Origin: Selaginella moellendorffii | Lineage: Eukaryota > Plantae > Lycopodiophyta | Assembly (NCBI RefSeq): GCF_000143415.4 | Contig: NW_003314262.1 | Coordinates: 1,929,046 to 1,993,045 of the forward strand | DNA: 64,000 bases | Reading direction: 5' to 3' | Shown here: positions 1 to 12,895 of the stretch, one piece after another | Position numbering within the stretch: the stretch's first letter is position 1 | Layout: the number at the start of each line of letters is the position of its first letter | Notes under the pieces: generated by a model | What the model was told of the DNA's origin: nothing | Databases searched by the model: none | What the model saw: the letters and a program-made list of their open reading frames with translations, nothing else | Position numbers and translations under genes: made by a program

Positions 1-621
1 TCTTTGACTAATTGTTGAATATTTCATTCCTCCACATAACATTGGAAATCTCTTTGAGCACATCCCACATTGCTGCCTCTCTCCTCAAGTTACAAACAAA
101 CAAAAAGTAACTCGAAAGTGTTTTTCCATTACAATAAATTTACTTAAAAAATGTAGCAAAGAGTATAACAATTGAAGGTTAAACTCCTTTTCCAAAGCAC
201 ACATCTTTAATGCCATTATACTCTAGTAATACTCCACTTTATCTCTGGATCCACCATCAACCATGATATCCCAAGAATGAGATCCACACAATGGATATCT
301 ACAAAAGAAAAAGTCTTCATAAATGTGGTTTTGCCAATTAACACTTCAAGCTCTTTTACACAAGCATCAAAATGTTAAACAGGGGTAGCTGCACCTTCCA
401 CCGTGTATGGAAGAACTCCTTATGTCACCAAACTATGCTCCTCAATAAATTTTGTCGAAACAAAGTTGTCATCACTCCCACTAGACCTCAACAAAACACA
501 CTTTCTAACAGTAATACTAATGCATGAGTGTCCTCAAGTTCCATCTTATTCCATATATAGTTGAATTAATGAATAATGATTGAAAGCTACTTCTTCTAAC
601 TGGGATGATCTTCCTCTTCAT
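1..621 (-). mobile_element. Degenerate LTR-retrotransposon remnant (protease-like region); left part of an older element interrupted by the Tat-like insertion
   Basis: Minus-strand fragments resemble an aspartic protease (SGSDDNFVSTKF, DLILG.SWL) with many stops; the gag-like part lies on the other side of the insertion (16411 onward). Confidence 0.4.
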
Positions 622-798
622 TGTTGGGGGAAGGAGGGGCACCTCCCCTAACACTTGCTCAAACACGAGAAATGCTTCAATACTCTTTGCAAAATGCCCC
701 CCTTGCCCTTGTGAGGCAAGGGTTTTATACAAGGAAGATGCCAAGGACCAAAATATTCCCTCTCTCTCTCTCACTCTCTCGGTAGCCACGCCCTAACA
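622..798 (-). repeat. 3' LTR of Tat-like element (177 bp)
   Basis: tgttggggggaagg...ccctaaca, homologous to 16218-16410. Confidence 0.85.
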
Positions 799-2199
799 TG
801 CGACCACAGTGGATCGTGTTGGCTCCAGATGCGCGAGAACCCTCTGAAGAGTGTAGAGTGTACCTCTGCTATTAATGCCAAGTGCTGGTAACTGCGTGAA
901 ATTGTAGAAACTCTAGAAAACAAAGTGGAAATGAAAGAAAAGAGGTAGGTGTGAAGTTTGGAGACAAGGAGGAAAACCCGGTGGGAAACCCTGTAGTTAA
1001 ACTAGACCCTGAAGTTAAAAAAAAGTGCAGAAAAAGTGTGAAAAGAGGGGAAAAATAGTGTGAGTACCCAAAGAACTTAACCCATACCTGGATTTCGGCT
1101 CAGAGAAATGTAATATGCAAATGTAGCCTCTTGATGACTTCCAGTATGTTCCAAGGATTGGTCGAGATCGAGAAAGAAAGAGAGGTAGAAGAGGGGATGC
1201 GTTACCCAAGTGTGGAAATGATGAAAGATGGAATGACATGGTGGAGCGCCAAGATGGTGGTGGCACTCTGAAAAGGTGGCCATTAATAATCGTTGGCCCG
1301 TAGAGTAAGCACTAACCTCTTGGAGTCTGGTAACCAGTAACTAGTAACCAGTAATTAGGAACCTATAACCTGTAACTAATAACCACCTGCTCTCACTCCT
1401 ACTCTTGTGCCTGCTCTAGCACCGATATGGGGAGAGTGATATGGTGGAGCGCCGAGAAGGTGGCCATCTCTTAAAGTGTTAGGCCAATGGTCTTATATGT
1501 CGAACTGAAGAAGACAGCAGCTGAAAAGGATGGCGTGGTCACTGGGTTGCCGGTAAAGAGAGGTGGCATGTGTCCGCTGAGTTCTGGAGAAGAAGAAAGT
1601 GGCTTCGGCTTCTATGGCCTCGCCTAAAGATCCACTTAGGTGTCTTGAGTGAACAGGTTCACCTGGTCGGAAGAAAGTCGCTCTAGAAAAGCTAGTGCGT
1701 TGTCAGCAAATGGTCGTAAGGATATCTCAAAAATGCATGTCTAAATGAGGTGGTGTTTGTCGCTGCTAGTGCATGTATATGTGTCCATGGTATGGTGTAA
1801 ATGTGACCTCAAACGGAGATGTGGATGATAGTGAAAGAATGAAAGATGCAAGATGGGCATCTAGAGATAAGTGCGGGCAACGCTGCTGGAAGCAATTGGT
1901 GATGGAACTGTGAGTGCAGATGATATGGAATGGGTGAGGGGAATGTGTGGAGTGTAGTAATGGTAAGGGAAGGGCCAAAGAACCTGGAACATAGACTGAG
2001 CCAAGCGAGGAACCTCCATACAAACAACAATGCAGCCTGAGCATGAAATCCAAGGCATGGGCCATGGTCCAATGGAGAAACACCCTCTAAAAGTAAGAAA
2101 AGGAGTCATGAAAGTAAAGTGAAAGAAAGGAAGAAAATGAAAAAGAAGAGAAGAGGAACACCTCACCGGATGAAGCATTTGAGGTGAAAGTGGTTGTGA

Positions 2200-3512
2200 G
2201 CGTGTGGGAGCTCACGTCCATCAGCATCAACTAGCATATATGCTCCACCTCCGATGTGTCGCTGGACAAAGTAGGGGCCGGTCCAGCAAGGGGTGAACTT
2301 CAAAAGCAGCATAAACTCCTTGAGTAGAACAAGATCGCCATCCTCGAATGGTTTGGTAGACCGCTAGTGATCAATGACTAATTTGATCTTCTGCTTGCCT
2401 TGAAGGAGATGTTCCAATGTGGATTGTCGCTGTTCTTCCAAGGCAAGAACCTCCAAGTCACGTGCATGAAGCTTGTCCTCATCGCTAAGCTGTATCGTTG
2501 CTACGTATCGAAGTGAAAGTGAGAGTGATGGCACTTGGATCTCCACTGGAAGCACGGCCTCTGTCCCATAGACAAGGGAGAATGGGGTCACAGAGATGGA
2601 TGTCTTGAAGGACATCCAAAAGGCCCACAACGCCGTAACCAAGTGCTCGTGCCAATGCCTTGGGTGATCCTCCACAAGCTTTAAGATGACTGTCTTCAAT
2701 ATCTTGTTGCTGGACTCTGCCTGATCATTGCGCTCAGGATAATAGCTGCTGCTCTTCATGTGCTTGACTTGCAGCTATTGGAAAAGATGCTACATCACTT
2801 GTCCAAGGAAGCTACTGCCACGATCAGAAATTAAAACGGCAGGAACTCCGAATCGACAAATAATATACTCGTAGACAAACTTTGCTATAGACTGTTGATC
2901 TGCCTATCATAGAGGGGTGGCTGCAACCCATTTCGTAAAATAGTCTGTCGCCACGATGATGTATTGCTGTCCTTTTGAGCTCGGTGGGTTGATCGGGCTG
3001 ACGAAGTCAAGTCCCCACTGGAAAAAGGGACCCGAAGAATTGATGAGCTGGAAAGGAAGACATGGAACATGGCTTCGGGGGTTGAACCATTGGCACTGCT
3101 CACACGCCTTTGCATAGGCCAAGCTGTCCCGGTGAATCCAAGGCCAAAAGTAACCATGGCACAAGAGGAGCTGTGCTGTGGCCCGTCCTGAGAAATGCTC
3201 CGCATAAGAGTGGAAAGCACAAAGGAGCTCAGGGACCTTGTGTTCACCCACACACCTCAACAAAACTTCCTGAGAACTTCTCCTATAAAGGTGTCTGTCG
3301 AGAAGGCAAAACCCCCGTGCTCGAATCTCCAATGCCTTTTGTTGCTCTAGTGAGGATTCTACTAGGAACTGACCTGAATCCAGGTACACTGCAATGTCCT
3401 GTAATGCTGTTGGGACCACAAAGGAAGTAGCTTCAGCAACCAAGAACTTGCTCGGATCCATCACATGCTTCCACCGCATGTGAAAAGTTGGCTGGAACTC
3501 TTGGATGGTCAC
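2200..3512 (-). pseudogene. Integrase of Tat-like element (frameshifted, with stops)
   Basis: H..H...C..C zinc finger (FHSYAEHF...CEQC), WGLDFVSP, YIIVATDYFTKWV, SSYYPERNDQAESSNK, TPFSLVYGTEAVLP in ORFs 2907-3512 and 2364-2759. Confidence 0.9.
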
Positions 3513-3559
3513 AATCCAAGATAAAGTACGAGGACTGTGAACTGGTCATTATAAAAGAA

Positions 3560-4700
3560 AGGTCAGCACATTAAAATAGACATGGAAATGGATATGGGCT
3601 CCAACGAGAAAGTGACGAAATCGCTCCAAGGTGTAAACAACAGCCATTGCTTCTTTTTCTACATCCACGTACTTCTTCTCAGTCTCCTTGAATGAATGTG
3701 AGGTATAGTGTGTTGCATGTGGTGGCTTGCTAGGCTGTGAGCATTGGCAAAGGCATACTCCAAAAGCCTCTGTACCCGTTGTAATGTAAATGTCGAAAGG
3801 AAGTTGTTGTTCTGGTGGTTGGAGTACCGGGGCCGTACGGAGTGACTGCTTCAGTGATTCAAAGGCTTGTTGCTGGGACTCACCCTAGACAAATGGAACA
3901 TTGTGTTGTAGCATAGCTATCAAAGGCCATGAACGTTCAGCATAGTTGTGGAGGAAACGGCGAAAGAAACCCGTTTGCCCAAGGAAGTTGCAAAGCTGCT
4001 TCACGTTGGTTGGTGGGTTCCAATCCAGAATCTCCTGAGCCTTGGCTACATGGGGCTTGATCCCATTTTGTGAGATATCAAAGCCTAGTAACCGGCCTTC
4101 AGTCACCCCAAATTTACACTTTGCCAGGTTCAATGAAAACCTATATTGTCGGCAGCGAGTGAAGATCTGTTCCAAGTGCACAAGGTGGTCCTCAAAAGAG
4201 TCAGAGGTCATGCACAGATCATCCATATACACCCTCAAGGTGCTTCCAATCAAGTCATGAAAGGCGTGGGTCATAAAGCGCTGAAAAGTAGCTCCAACAT
4301 TACACAAGCCAAATAGGAGGATGTTGAAAGCGAAAATGCCCCAAGGTGTCCGAAAGGCCATAAGATCTCAATAATCAGGATGAATGAAGATTTGGTTGTA
4401 CCTTGAAAAGCCATCCATAAAAGAGTAGTAACTGTGTCCAGCCATCTTATCCACAATCGCATCGATAAATGGAGTCGGAAAGTGATCTTTCACAGTTTCC
4501 TTGTTCAAGTCTTGAAAGTCAACACAGAGGCAGAGTTTTCCATTTGCCTTACGTGCAGGGACGAGATTGGCCACCCACTCTAAGCTCTTTAAAGGGTAAA
4601 TAAAGCCGGCTGCCAAAAGTCACTCGATCTCCAACTTCATCTCTAAGTGAGCTGCTGGGCTGAAACGCCACATCTTTTGACGGACTGGTTTGGCTGATTC
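3560..4700 (-). pseudogene. Reverse transcriptase and retroelement RNase H of Tat-like element
   Basis: LCLCVDFQDLNK, FMDGFSRYNQI, LFGLCNVGATFQR, VYMDD, KCKFG..LLGF in ORFs 4368-4616 and 3885-4361; RNase H remnants at 3560-3880. Confidence 0.9.
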
Positions 4701-4888
4701 TAAAAGCACAATACTGTGCATGATTGTGTCCATGGGAACCCCTAGAAGCTGGCTATAGTCCCAAGTAAACATGTCCTTGAAACAGTGAAGAAGATCCAAG
4801 AGCTTTCCTGCGTTTGTTGAAGCAAGCGATGTGGTGATAAAGACCAGGTCTTTGTCATCACCTAGGAAAATAGCATGAACCCTAGAGT

Positions 4889-5270
4889 CTAGAGAAACCT
4901 TGGGCTCAAGGGCTCATCTATCTTAGATTCCTCCCTGACCTTGGAAACCAAAGAGCAGGGAGTGCCTTTTGCCTCTCGCATCATGGTGATTGCTTGATGT
5001 GATAACCTGTCCACCCAATAGTTTTTTTCATGAGGGACACTTTGAAAAGTTACATGAGAGAACTCATCCTTCAAGTTGACCGCCCACTGCCATAGCTCAT
5101 TTAGGTTCTCTTTGCGGACTTGGTTTTCTCCAGTAAATTGGCATATGATGAGTTGTGCATCTCCAATGAAAGTGACTTGCTTAAACTTGAGATTTGTGGC
5201 CAACTTCATGACACTGATAACCGCCAAGTATGCTGATGAAGTGATAGAGAGGTTGGCTACTTTGTTCTGC
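4889..5270 (-). pseudogene. C-terminal part of the additional RNase HI (aRH) domain of the Tat-like element
   Basis: YLAVISVMKLA..QVTFIGDAQLII..VPHEKNYWVDRLS matches the cellular-type RNase HI pattern; its N-terminal part lies beyond the transposon (13342-13440). Confidence 0.75.
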
Positions 5271-5274
5271 AAAA

Positions 5275-5298
5275 AAGCTTTATTTCGTTAAAGTGGGA
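5275..5298 (+). repeat. Left terminal inverted repeat
   Basis: aagctttatttcgttaaagtggga; reverse complement at 13314-13337. Confidence 0.9.
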
Positions 5299-5963
5299 TT
5301 TATTCAGTAAAATGGGACTAGGTACAAATTTTCAAGTATTTGAAAATGACGTGAAATTATATGTTTTTTGTCCAGGGGCTAGACATATCTGGGGCATGGT
5401 GACTAGCGCAGTGACTTTGTGTCCAGACTGAGTCCATCTGGTTGTATAATAAATCTCATTGTCAAGGTGAACAAGTCGAATCTGAAGCTAAAGAAGAGCG
5501 ATGGCATGCGCGCACACACTATTTGTTTGTTCATTGAGCGTGTGGTGAGCTTTCCAAGATGAACGTCATTCCTATTAGCCAGACATATAACTTAATGGTG
5601 AGAACATTTAGATATTATTCAATGTTATTTTTTTCTAACGAATCTAATTGTGAAGGTGTAGCAAGAGGCATTGCTAGTCTGGAGAAGTCATTTAACTCAT
5701 TTGACCCTTAGTGTATTTTCATGAAACTAAATAACATTCATATTATTAAGGAATTTCTCTAGTACCTTTTTTTTACGACATAGAGGCTTGCATTTCTTTC
5801 AAAGGTGATTTAGTAAAAGGCCTGAGGGCACATGCCATTCTATTTCTCAGACCGGTATTAAGATATACTAGTGCAAAGGGCCACATGCCATCACGCCTCC
5901 TCTGATTCAGATTCGGATTGTTCACCTTGAAATAAAATACATTAGAAACTTAGTAAAGGAATA

Positions 5964-8243
5964 TTAATGAATCTCACCTTGAACCCGGGTTATGAATGCT
6001 CTTGCTGCATCTCTTGCATGGTCTGGCAAGGTGATGGTGGCACTCTGCTTCCGCATCCAACCATGCACAACATTATCCACCGATATGCTCATGCTGGGAT
6101 CCCTTGGATTCAGCACCCATCTCTTTTCTAGGCAATCCTTCGTATATCTGGAACTTGGCTTGAACCACTCCACAGTTACATTGAAGGAGTTAGTTTCCGC
6201 GTCCTCCTCTGCATCAGTGATGCAACGCCCCACCCATATCATTTGTTTTTTATTACTGGGTCTGACAAGCACGACCATTCCTTTGCAGACCTGTACTGGA
6301 TTGAATGCTGAATCCGGCTTCTTGTTACTCGGCCCACAATAGTGATCCTCAACATCGTTATCTGTCACTGCATTTCCAGAGGACATTGTTCCGCTACTAT
6401 CTGGTGCTCTGGGTTCTGGCCAAAAGGACTCTTCCAATTCTTCATATACAACCGGCCCATTTTGGATAGCAGATATAATATTCTCCCAGTATTTGAGCAA
6501 AGGCTTGCACCTCTTAAAATAGGATTCTCCACCAAACACCAACCCCCTCTTCCAGAAGGCAATATGCTGTCTAATCCCGGCCACTATACTTTCCTGGTCT
6601 TTGAGTCCATCCGGGTGCATCGGCCGTGGGGAACCCTGAGGAATCATAGGTTCCTCAGTTATGGGATCTCTCTTGAAGAGTTCAATGCCATCCACTAGCA
6701 GCCACACTGTGTCCCATTCTCTCATCTTGTACCTCATCACTGGAGCACCGTCACACATGCTGAAATGAAACTGAAGAGGCTTGGAGTGGCCAATCAGCGT
6801 TTCGGATCCGTCCCTGATGTAGCCTCTTACAAACCCCTTAAAGTCTGGAACCTCTGTCACAAGTGCAGCTTCAACAGTGCCTTTGATGCAATTTTGGAAT
6901 TCATCGTAGAGTTGTGGGAGGGTGAGGACATTGGATCGCCGGAAGGACTCTGCCAGGTGACTGAACATGGCATCGACGTCTTCATGAGTGTGCCCAACCA
7001 TGAGAAAGCCAAGTGTAACCATTTCAAATATGCCTTTGGCAACAAGCATCGCCAAGTACGCGAAGACATACATGTTTTTGTTCTCACTGCCAGCATTGTC
7101 TGTTTGGAGCAGAAGATGGGGTGGAAGGCCACATCGGCCGCAAGAACTTCCTTGAGATTCTGCTTCATTTGGATGAGGCTGTGCATTCACCGGGCGACCA
7201 GCCTCGTCGGAATGGCATGAGGCCTCACGTGATAACCCTACAATCTGATGGCCAACATATTCACTGGGATGGCATGGGGCCCCACGCGATACTGCAAGCC
7301 TTTGCTCCTCCTCCAACTGAACCCTGTATGGGGTTCGATCGACAAGGGCCTTATGCAAGGGTTGGCCGTTCAGCTCAGTCTGCGCACTTTGCACAGACCT
7401 TAAGTGTTTTGCTAGGGACGCAATCATCATGTTTGCACCCCCGCCACCCCATAGAGGTACAAAGAAGTTCCCATAGTTCTGGACACCATGCCCATGAGCG
7501 ATTATGCCAAACAAAGACACAGGCAGCTGCATGGATGAAGAGATTGCCTTGGGGGCAGGATTGAGTCGAGGTAAGCACGTGTTTTTCTGGTCCATTTTGT
7601 CGTGGATGATGCAGAGGTAAGAGTCAGGTCTCTCCATGGAGAGAATCCTGTTATGATAATATGCAGTCCTGCAGCTTCTCTACTCGATGTTGTGGTCGAG
7701 CCGCCTTCTAACCAACGTCTCTCGCCCTTGAGCGCTGCAAGAATTCTTTGACAAAGCCATTTTGATAGCAGTGCACTCGTCACACTTTGAAAAGCTGGAG
7801 TACTTTCCTATACTCACATCCCTGAACCTGTTGCTCCACAATCTACTAAATCTAGATTGGCTCAGCTTCCTGTAGCCATTACTCTGGAGTTCCCGATTCA
7901 CATCTTCCAATATGGCCCCCTTGGTATACATGGAAGGGAGAACTCGTTGGGTGTCTCGTGTTCCATCTTCCAAGAGGCGGGTTTTATGTGGTTGCTGCTC
8001 GCTACATGTCTCGACAAACCTCTTGAAGATTGCCTCTCCATATACAATATGACCCCTGGTTTTGTGCATACCGTCGTTCCCATGGACTGCCTGTTGAACC
8101 CTTTGTTGCTCAAACTCAGTTTTGATTCTGTAGAATGTGCTTCGAGGGACTCCATAAATGATTCTCCATGCCTTCATGCAGACCAAACCCCTCTGGAAGA
8201 CCATGCCCCCCACCTGATGTTCTGAAGCATCAATAGATGACCG
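5964..8243 (-). pseudogene. Sola1-like (DUF7869-type) DDD transposase; one premature stop, 5' end deleted
   Basis: ORFs 7680-8213 and 5964-7637 share a frame, separated by one TAG at 7680-7682 (HNIE*RSCRTAYY). Motifs: FSKCDEC, LCIIHDKMDQ, LLLQTDNAGSENKN, FLMVGHTHEDVDAMFS. Family assignment is from motif recall. Confidence 0.8.
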
Positions 8244-11200
8244 TCTGATGAGTGGGTGGAGAAACTGAAGCAGAAGATGCTGGCAAGTCTAGTAACACCC
8301 GACATCGCAGACGTGATCCCCTACTACCGAACAATGAAGGGCGAGACGAGGTTTCCAGACTTGATCAATAGGAAGGTGTTGGACGATCAGAACATCCGGT
8401 TCTATGCCGTCTCCGGGCAGCATTCTAGCTTGGCGATGCAAGAGATAGTTGTGGATATTATGGTGGGCGAGGAGGTGAAGAAAGTCTTCAAGACAAGAGT
8501 TGTCCGCCTGATAAAAGGCAACTCGCCCCTCCGATCTATCATATACATCTCCCACGCGCAGAATGTCAAGCAAGAAACGTGCTACAAATCGGGTCTGCAC
8601 GAGACATTGGCACGAACACGGAAGCTCTGGGTTCAACTGAAGAAGCCACAAAAACCAGGACAAGGACGTGCACTAGCAACTAGCGCCTGGCAGGTAAGCC
8701 TCGTTGCATGTGGCATAGCATGTGGCCTCACGCCATTTCCATTGCAGGAATTCTCGACTCTTCTCTCGAAAACACTGGGGGTCAATGACACACTCAGCAT
8801 CCATAACATTCTACTCGCGACAAAAGTTGTTTTTGACAAATGGGTAGATGTGCTGAGGAGGTACCATGACGGGGAGTTGCCAAACTCAATGGGTGTGGAG
8901 GACGGCCGGAAGCCCAATGATTTGAAGCTCAACGCCTTGCGTTTCTCGCGGTCTCTAGACGACGACGACCTTCTGACAGTGGCTAATGCTCTTCTACGTG
9001 GTGAGGTAGTCTTCAACAAGACCAAAATGACTCCCGGCCATATTGTGACATACGAGGACTTGTGCACGACTCTGAGAGCTCGTGCGCTATTGAAGGATTG
9101 GATCTTCGAGCAAGTGGCCGTGGAGAGGGTGAGCATCGACACCACGCAAGAGATGATGGAAGCGCTGGAGTTGTCAAATGAAGACATCGACGAGTACGTG
9201 AAGGGGGCCCCCAAGTTCATCGATCTGCTGCGGGATGCCACGAAAAGTAAAGCTGAGAAGTTGGATCAGTATCCAAATTTCATTAAGATTGATGTCGACC
9301 GCCGGCTTCAGAAACAGCTCGACCCCGCAGCAGAGGCCTATCGAGAACCTTACCGGGTATACTTGAATTCGGATGAGGATCAAAGGTGGAGGAGCATCGT
9401 TTCCCGCGGAGATGAGCAGGTCAAGAACATCTTTTGTGTGATGGACTTCACAAACAAGGAGATCACTCATGCAGACGAAGTCAGCTCCATCATTGACTTA
9501 ATGGTGGGACTTGTGGAGGTGGAATCTTCAGTCCACTATATGATCTATGACTCCGAATCCTATCACAAGTTCTGGAAGGCCTTGAACGAGGTGAAGGCTC
9601 GGTTGAAAGGCAAGGAGATGCAGGAGATCCATGGGATAATGGCTAAGAAGAAGATACCGACGAATGTCCGCATCTTCACACTCGCCCTTGTTATTGGTCT
9701 TGCAGCAGAGTGGGACTGGAGTGACTTCCCAGCTTCGTTCGACAAGGCCAATCGAATTGATCTGAGGGAGGTCAATTTACCCGTGCCTGAGGAACTGAAG
9801 ACGGCTATGGAGCTTTCGAATCCAAAAAAAGCTCCAGGTGCAGCATGGGAAATGCTCAGCTGGGTCTTCAACGCAATAGCGGGTGGGTCACCTGCTTCCG
9901 ACTCCAAGGGCAAATGCGTTGTCGAGTACAACTGCGGCGGACTATTCTTTCGAGCTGCACTACTCAAGGGTGTCCCGTGTGTTGCGGTGACAAACTCCAT
10001 TGAAGAGGTGACTTCAATGGAGCATATAATTACAGTTGCCAAAGAAAAACAGTATCTTCTTTGCGAACTTGGTGAGTACACACTTTAAGTTTAAATGTTA
10101 TCTCACAAGCTCTGTATGCAGGAGCGTGGCCACCCCCAGATGCTGAAACGGCGTTAACAGCTACTGTTGAAGATACCCATGTTGGGCCGAGCTCACAACC
10201 TGCACAAGGTAAGGTCACGTGAGGCCTCACGCCATTTTGATTATAGATCATTGTGAATATTCAGACACGAGGACTGAAAAACGCACTGGTGGCACATCGA
10301 AGAAGGACAAACAGACAAGCAATAGGAAAAAAGGAGGTACAAATTATATTTGCAATGGCGTGTGGTCTCATGCCATTCCTTGCAAGAGAGACTTCTTCAA
10401 AGGCAAAACAGGCAAGCACCAGCCAAGCTCAAACTGACAGTGGTCATAAAAAGCGAAAGCACGTTGGACAGTCGTCGAGATCAGAGGCGTTTGATTCGAA
10501 AAGGAAGAAGGGCAACGAAAAGATGATAGGTAATGCCTCGCGGTTATGGCGTGTGTGCTCATGCCATTCATTGCAGATCAAGGGCTGAGTGAAAGCAAGC
10601 AGTCACCACCTCATGACTCAGATTCCTATGGCGGACTCCCCTTCCCCAATCTCAATGGAGAGGTACAATGGATGAGGGATGCTTTTCAAGTCAGGGCCAC
10701 TTTTTTCTCATCTCGTCATCTTCGAAGGGTGCAAGAACGTGCAGAAACCATGTTAAGACAGTCGGGTGAGGATACGGTCCTAGGTCACGCACTAAAACAG
10801 GCTATGGATGTCTTGTATTTTGAGATGGAGACTCGGCCAGATGATTTTCCCAAGATGGTCCTGGAAGAACAAGCCATCCAGCCTGAGCAGCCTATGGAAG
10901 AAATGCAGGAGGGGGATGAGGAGCCAGAGAAAGATAATGAGCAGGAAGAGCAGAAGGACGAAGAGGAGGACAAAGAAGAGGAGGACGAAGAAGAGGAGGA
11001 CGAAGAGGACTTGGATGGTCCTCACAATGGTGACGATCACAATAACGACGACGATGATGATGACGACGATGGCCAGCCTGAGGTGGCCAAAGAGCAGCGG
11101 AGGAAGGTCATACAAGACAAACCATCAGGTAAATAATAGTACATCCATTCCTAACCTTTTACCATTTCTAACATTGTCCATGTAGGTCGCAGAGCAAATG

Positions 11201-12895
11201 GTAAGTAGAGATTATTCAGTTGAATTTACAAACTCTAGCCTTTAGTGTCAAGGAAGGATAGTGCCAAGCAAGGGTCGAAACGTATGTCCAATCCTTCAGA
11301 ATCAGCAGTGCGCCCAAGTGATATCAGTCCTAGTTCCTCAATAGCAGTTGATGGTAAATACAGTATAGTCGATTCAATGTGCTAATGAGTTTGTTTTTAG
11401 TAGCACGGGAGGATACCATCTCAATCGAAGGGAGATATTTGGACATGCATATGGATCTGCCAGTGGACTCTACTTGGCTGCAAGAGTCATCAGAGCTGGT
11501 GGAGGCTACTATCCATATCAACGCCAAGCAAGTTGACCACGCTCCACTTGATGCTGCCCATACCACTGAGTCAATCTTGTCCACGTATCCAACTGATGGT
11601 GACCAGGCGCCATTGGACCCACATGAGGCCGCCCCAGCTGCCGAGCCGGTCGTATCCTCATTTCCAACGGACTCAACATGTGCCCAATCGTCTGACTACG
11701 CGCCGTTGGAACCTCCCTACACCGCCCCTGCTGCCTGTTCGGTCATGTCCACTTTGCCAACGGAGGCACCAGCTGAAATGGCGTGTGATCACACGCCATC
11801 GGAACCACCCCATGCCACTATTGAGCCAGTTGTACCAGAGTCTACAGCTGAAATGGCATGTGCCCACACGCCATCGGATGCGATTGACCCCACATTGCAG
11901 AGGAGAGTATTTCCGCCCTTCACGTTTCCTCGACCAAAACCCTCTCAACGACCATCGGGAGCAACATTCGCTAATATTGTAGATGGTAAAATTGACTTGT
12001 ACCATTTTTTATGCTGACGCATTTCATTTCAGAGTCACGGCAAAGGTACTGTATCATTTTTTATCTGAACGGTGTCCTTTTCTCCCATGAGCGTGGCTCG
12101 TCCTCGAATGTCATTGCACCCTCCAAAGCCTGCCGTCGCAAGTTGGTCAAAAGAGACAGATTCACATTAATCACACAGGAGAAACTGCGGGATCTAATAA
12201 TGACCATGCGACACTTAAAACAGAGGGCCGGGTTCAATTTGCAATTGGGAGTTTGGACATCCATGATGCGCCACAATGCATTAACGTTGCTACAGATGAT
12301 GCACGATCAGATGCGAGTAATATTACCATTTGACTTTCTCCTAACGCAGGAGGATTGCTTGACTATGGTCCATGTGAGGGGTAGCAAGCCCATCTTCGTC
12401 AAGCCAGAGGCTGTAGTGATGAACCGGACTGCTAGCTCAAGTGAAATCCTCATCATCGATGACTCGCCGATTAAAACTGCAGCAAACACGCACACATATG
12501 CAGTGCACCCCATCTCTTGCAGTATGGAAACTAGGGAGAAGAAACCGTATGTTCTGGGGGACCTTGCAAAACGGCTTGGAGCGATGGTGATAGAGAACCG
12601 GCCAGTCTAGGAGGTGGCTGCAGAAATCAACCAAATGGCAGATGGAACGGTATATCAGAAGCCATTTGATCGGACAGACACCAGTCATCATTTATGGCAT
12701 GTATATTGTCTAGCCAAGCACTATCCGCATCTCCATAATCTGCTCAACCGGATGGGTTCTTCAACCACTGAACATGAGCGTGGATGTATTAGAGAAGAGA
12801 TGGCATTACTATTGGGTTTAAATCCTGATAGTGTGGAGAGTGATGAAATTCCAAGATTATTGTATAGGCGTTGGAGGCAAAAAATAACAGTCTGA
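8244..12895 (+). pseudogene. Transposon cargo gene, copy 1 (5'-truncated, 10 exons): ParB/Srx-like + DNA methyltransferase-like + acidic/Pro-rich linker + FCP1/HAD-like domains
   Basis: Nine introns of 45-57 nt (8694-8747, 10072-10121, 10209-10264, 10337-10385, 10530-10576, 11129-11185, 11201-11245, 11354-11400, 11986-12032) join ORFs 8256-10088, 10546-11136, 11379-12017 and 12011-12895 into one frame. Lesions: AG->AA acceptor at 10385, TAG at 12608-12610; both are intact in copy 2. Confidence 0.75.

Noticed and set aside
800-2200. Extra (env-like) ORF in the 3' region of the Tat-like element
   Set aside because: Only short overlapping ORFs with no recognisable motif.
8289-10081. Antisense ORFs over the cargo, transposase, pol and PPR genes
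   Set aside because: Shadow frames of real coding sequence with no independent motifs.
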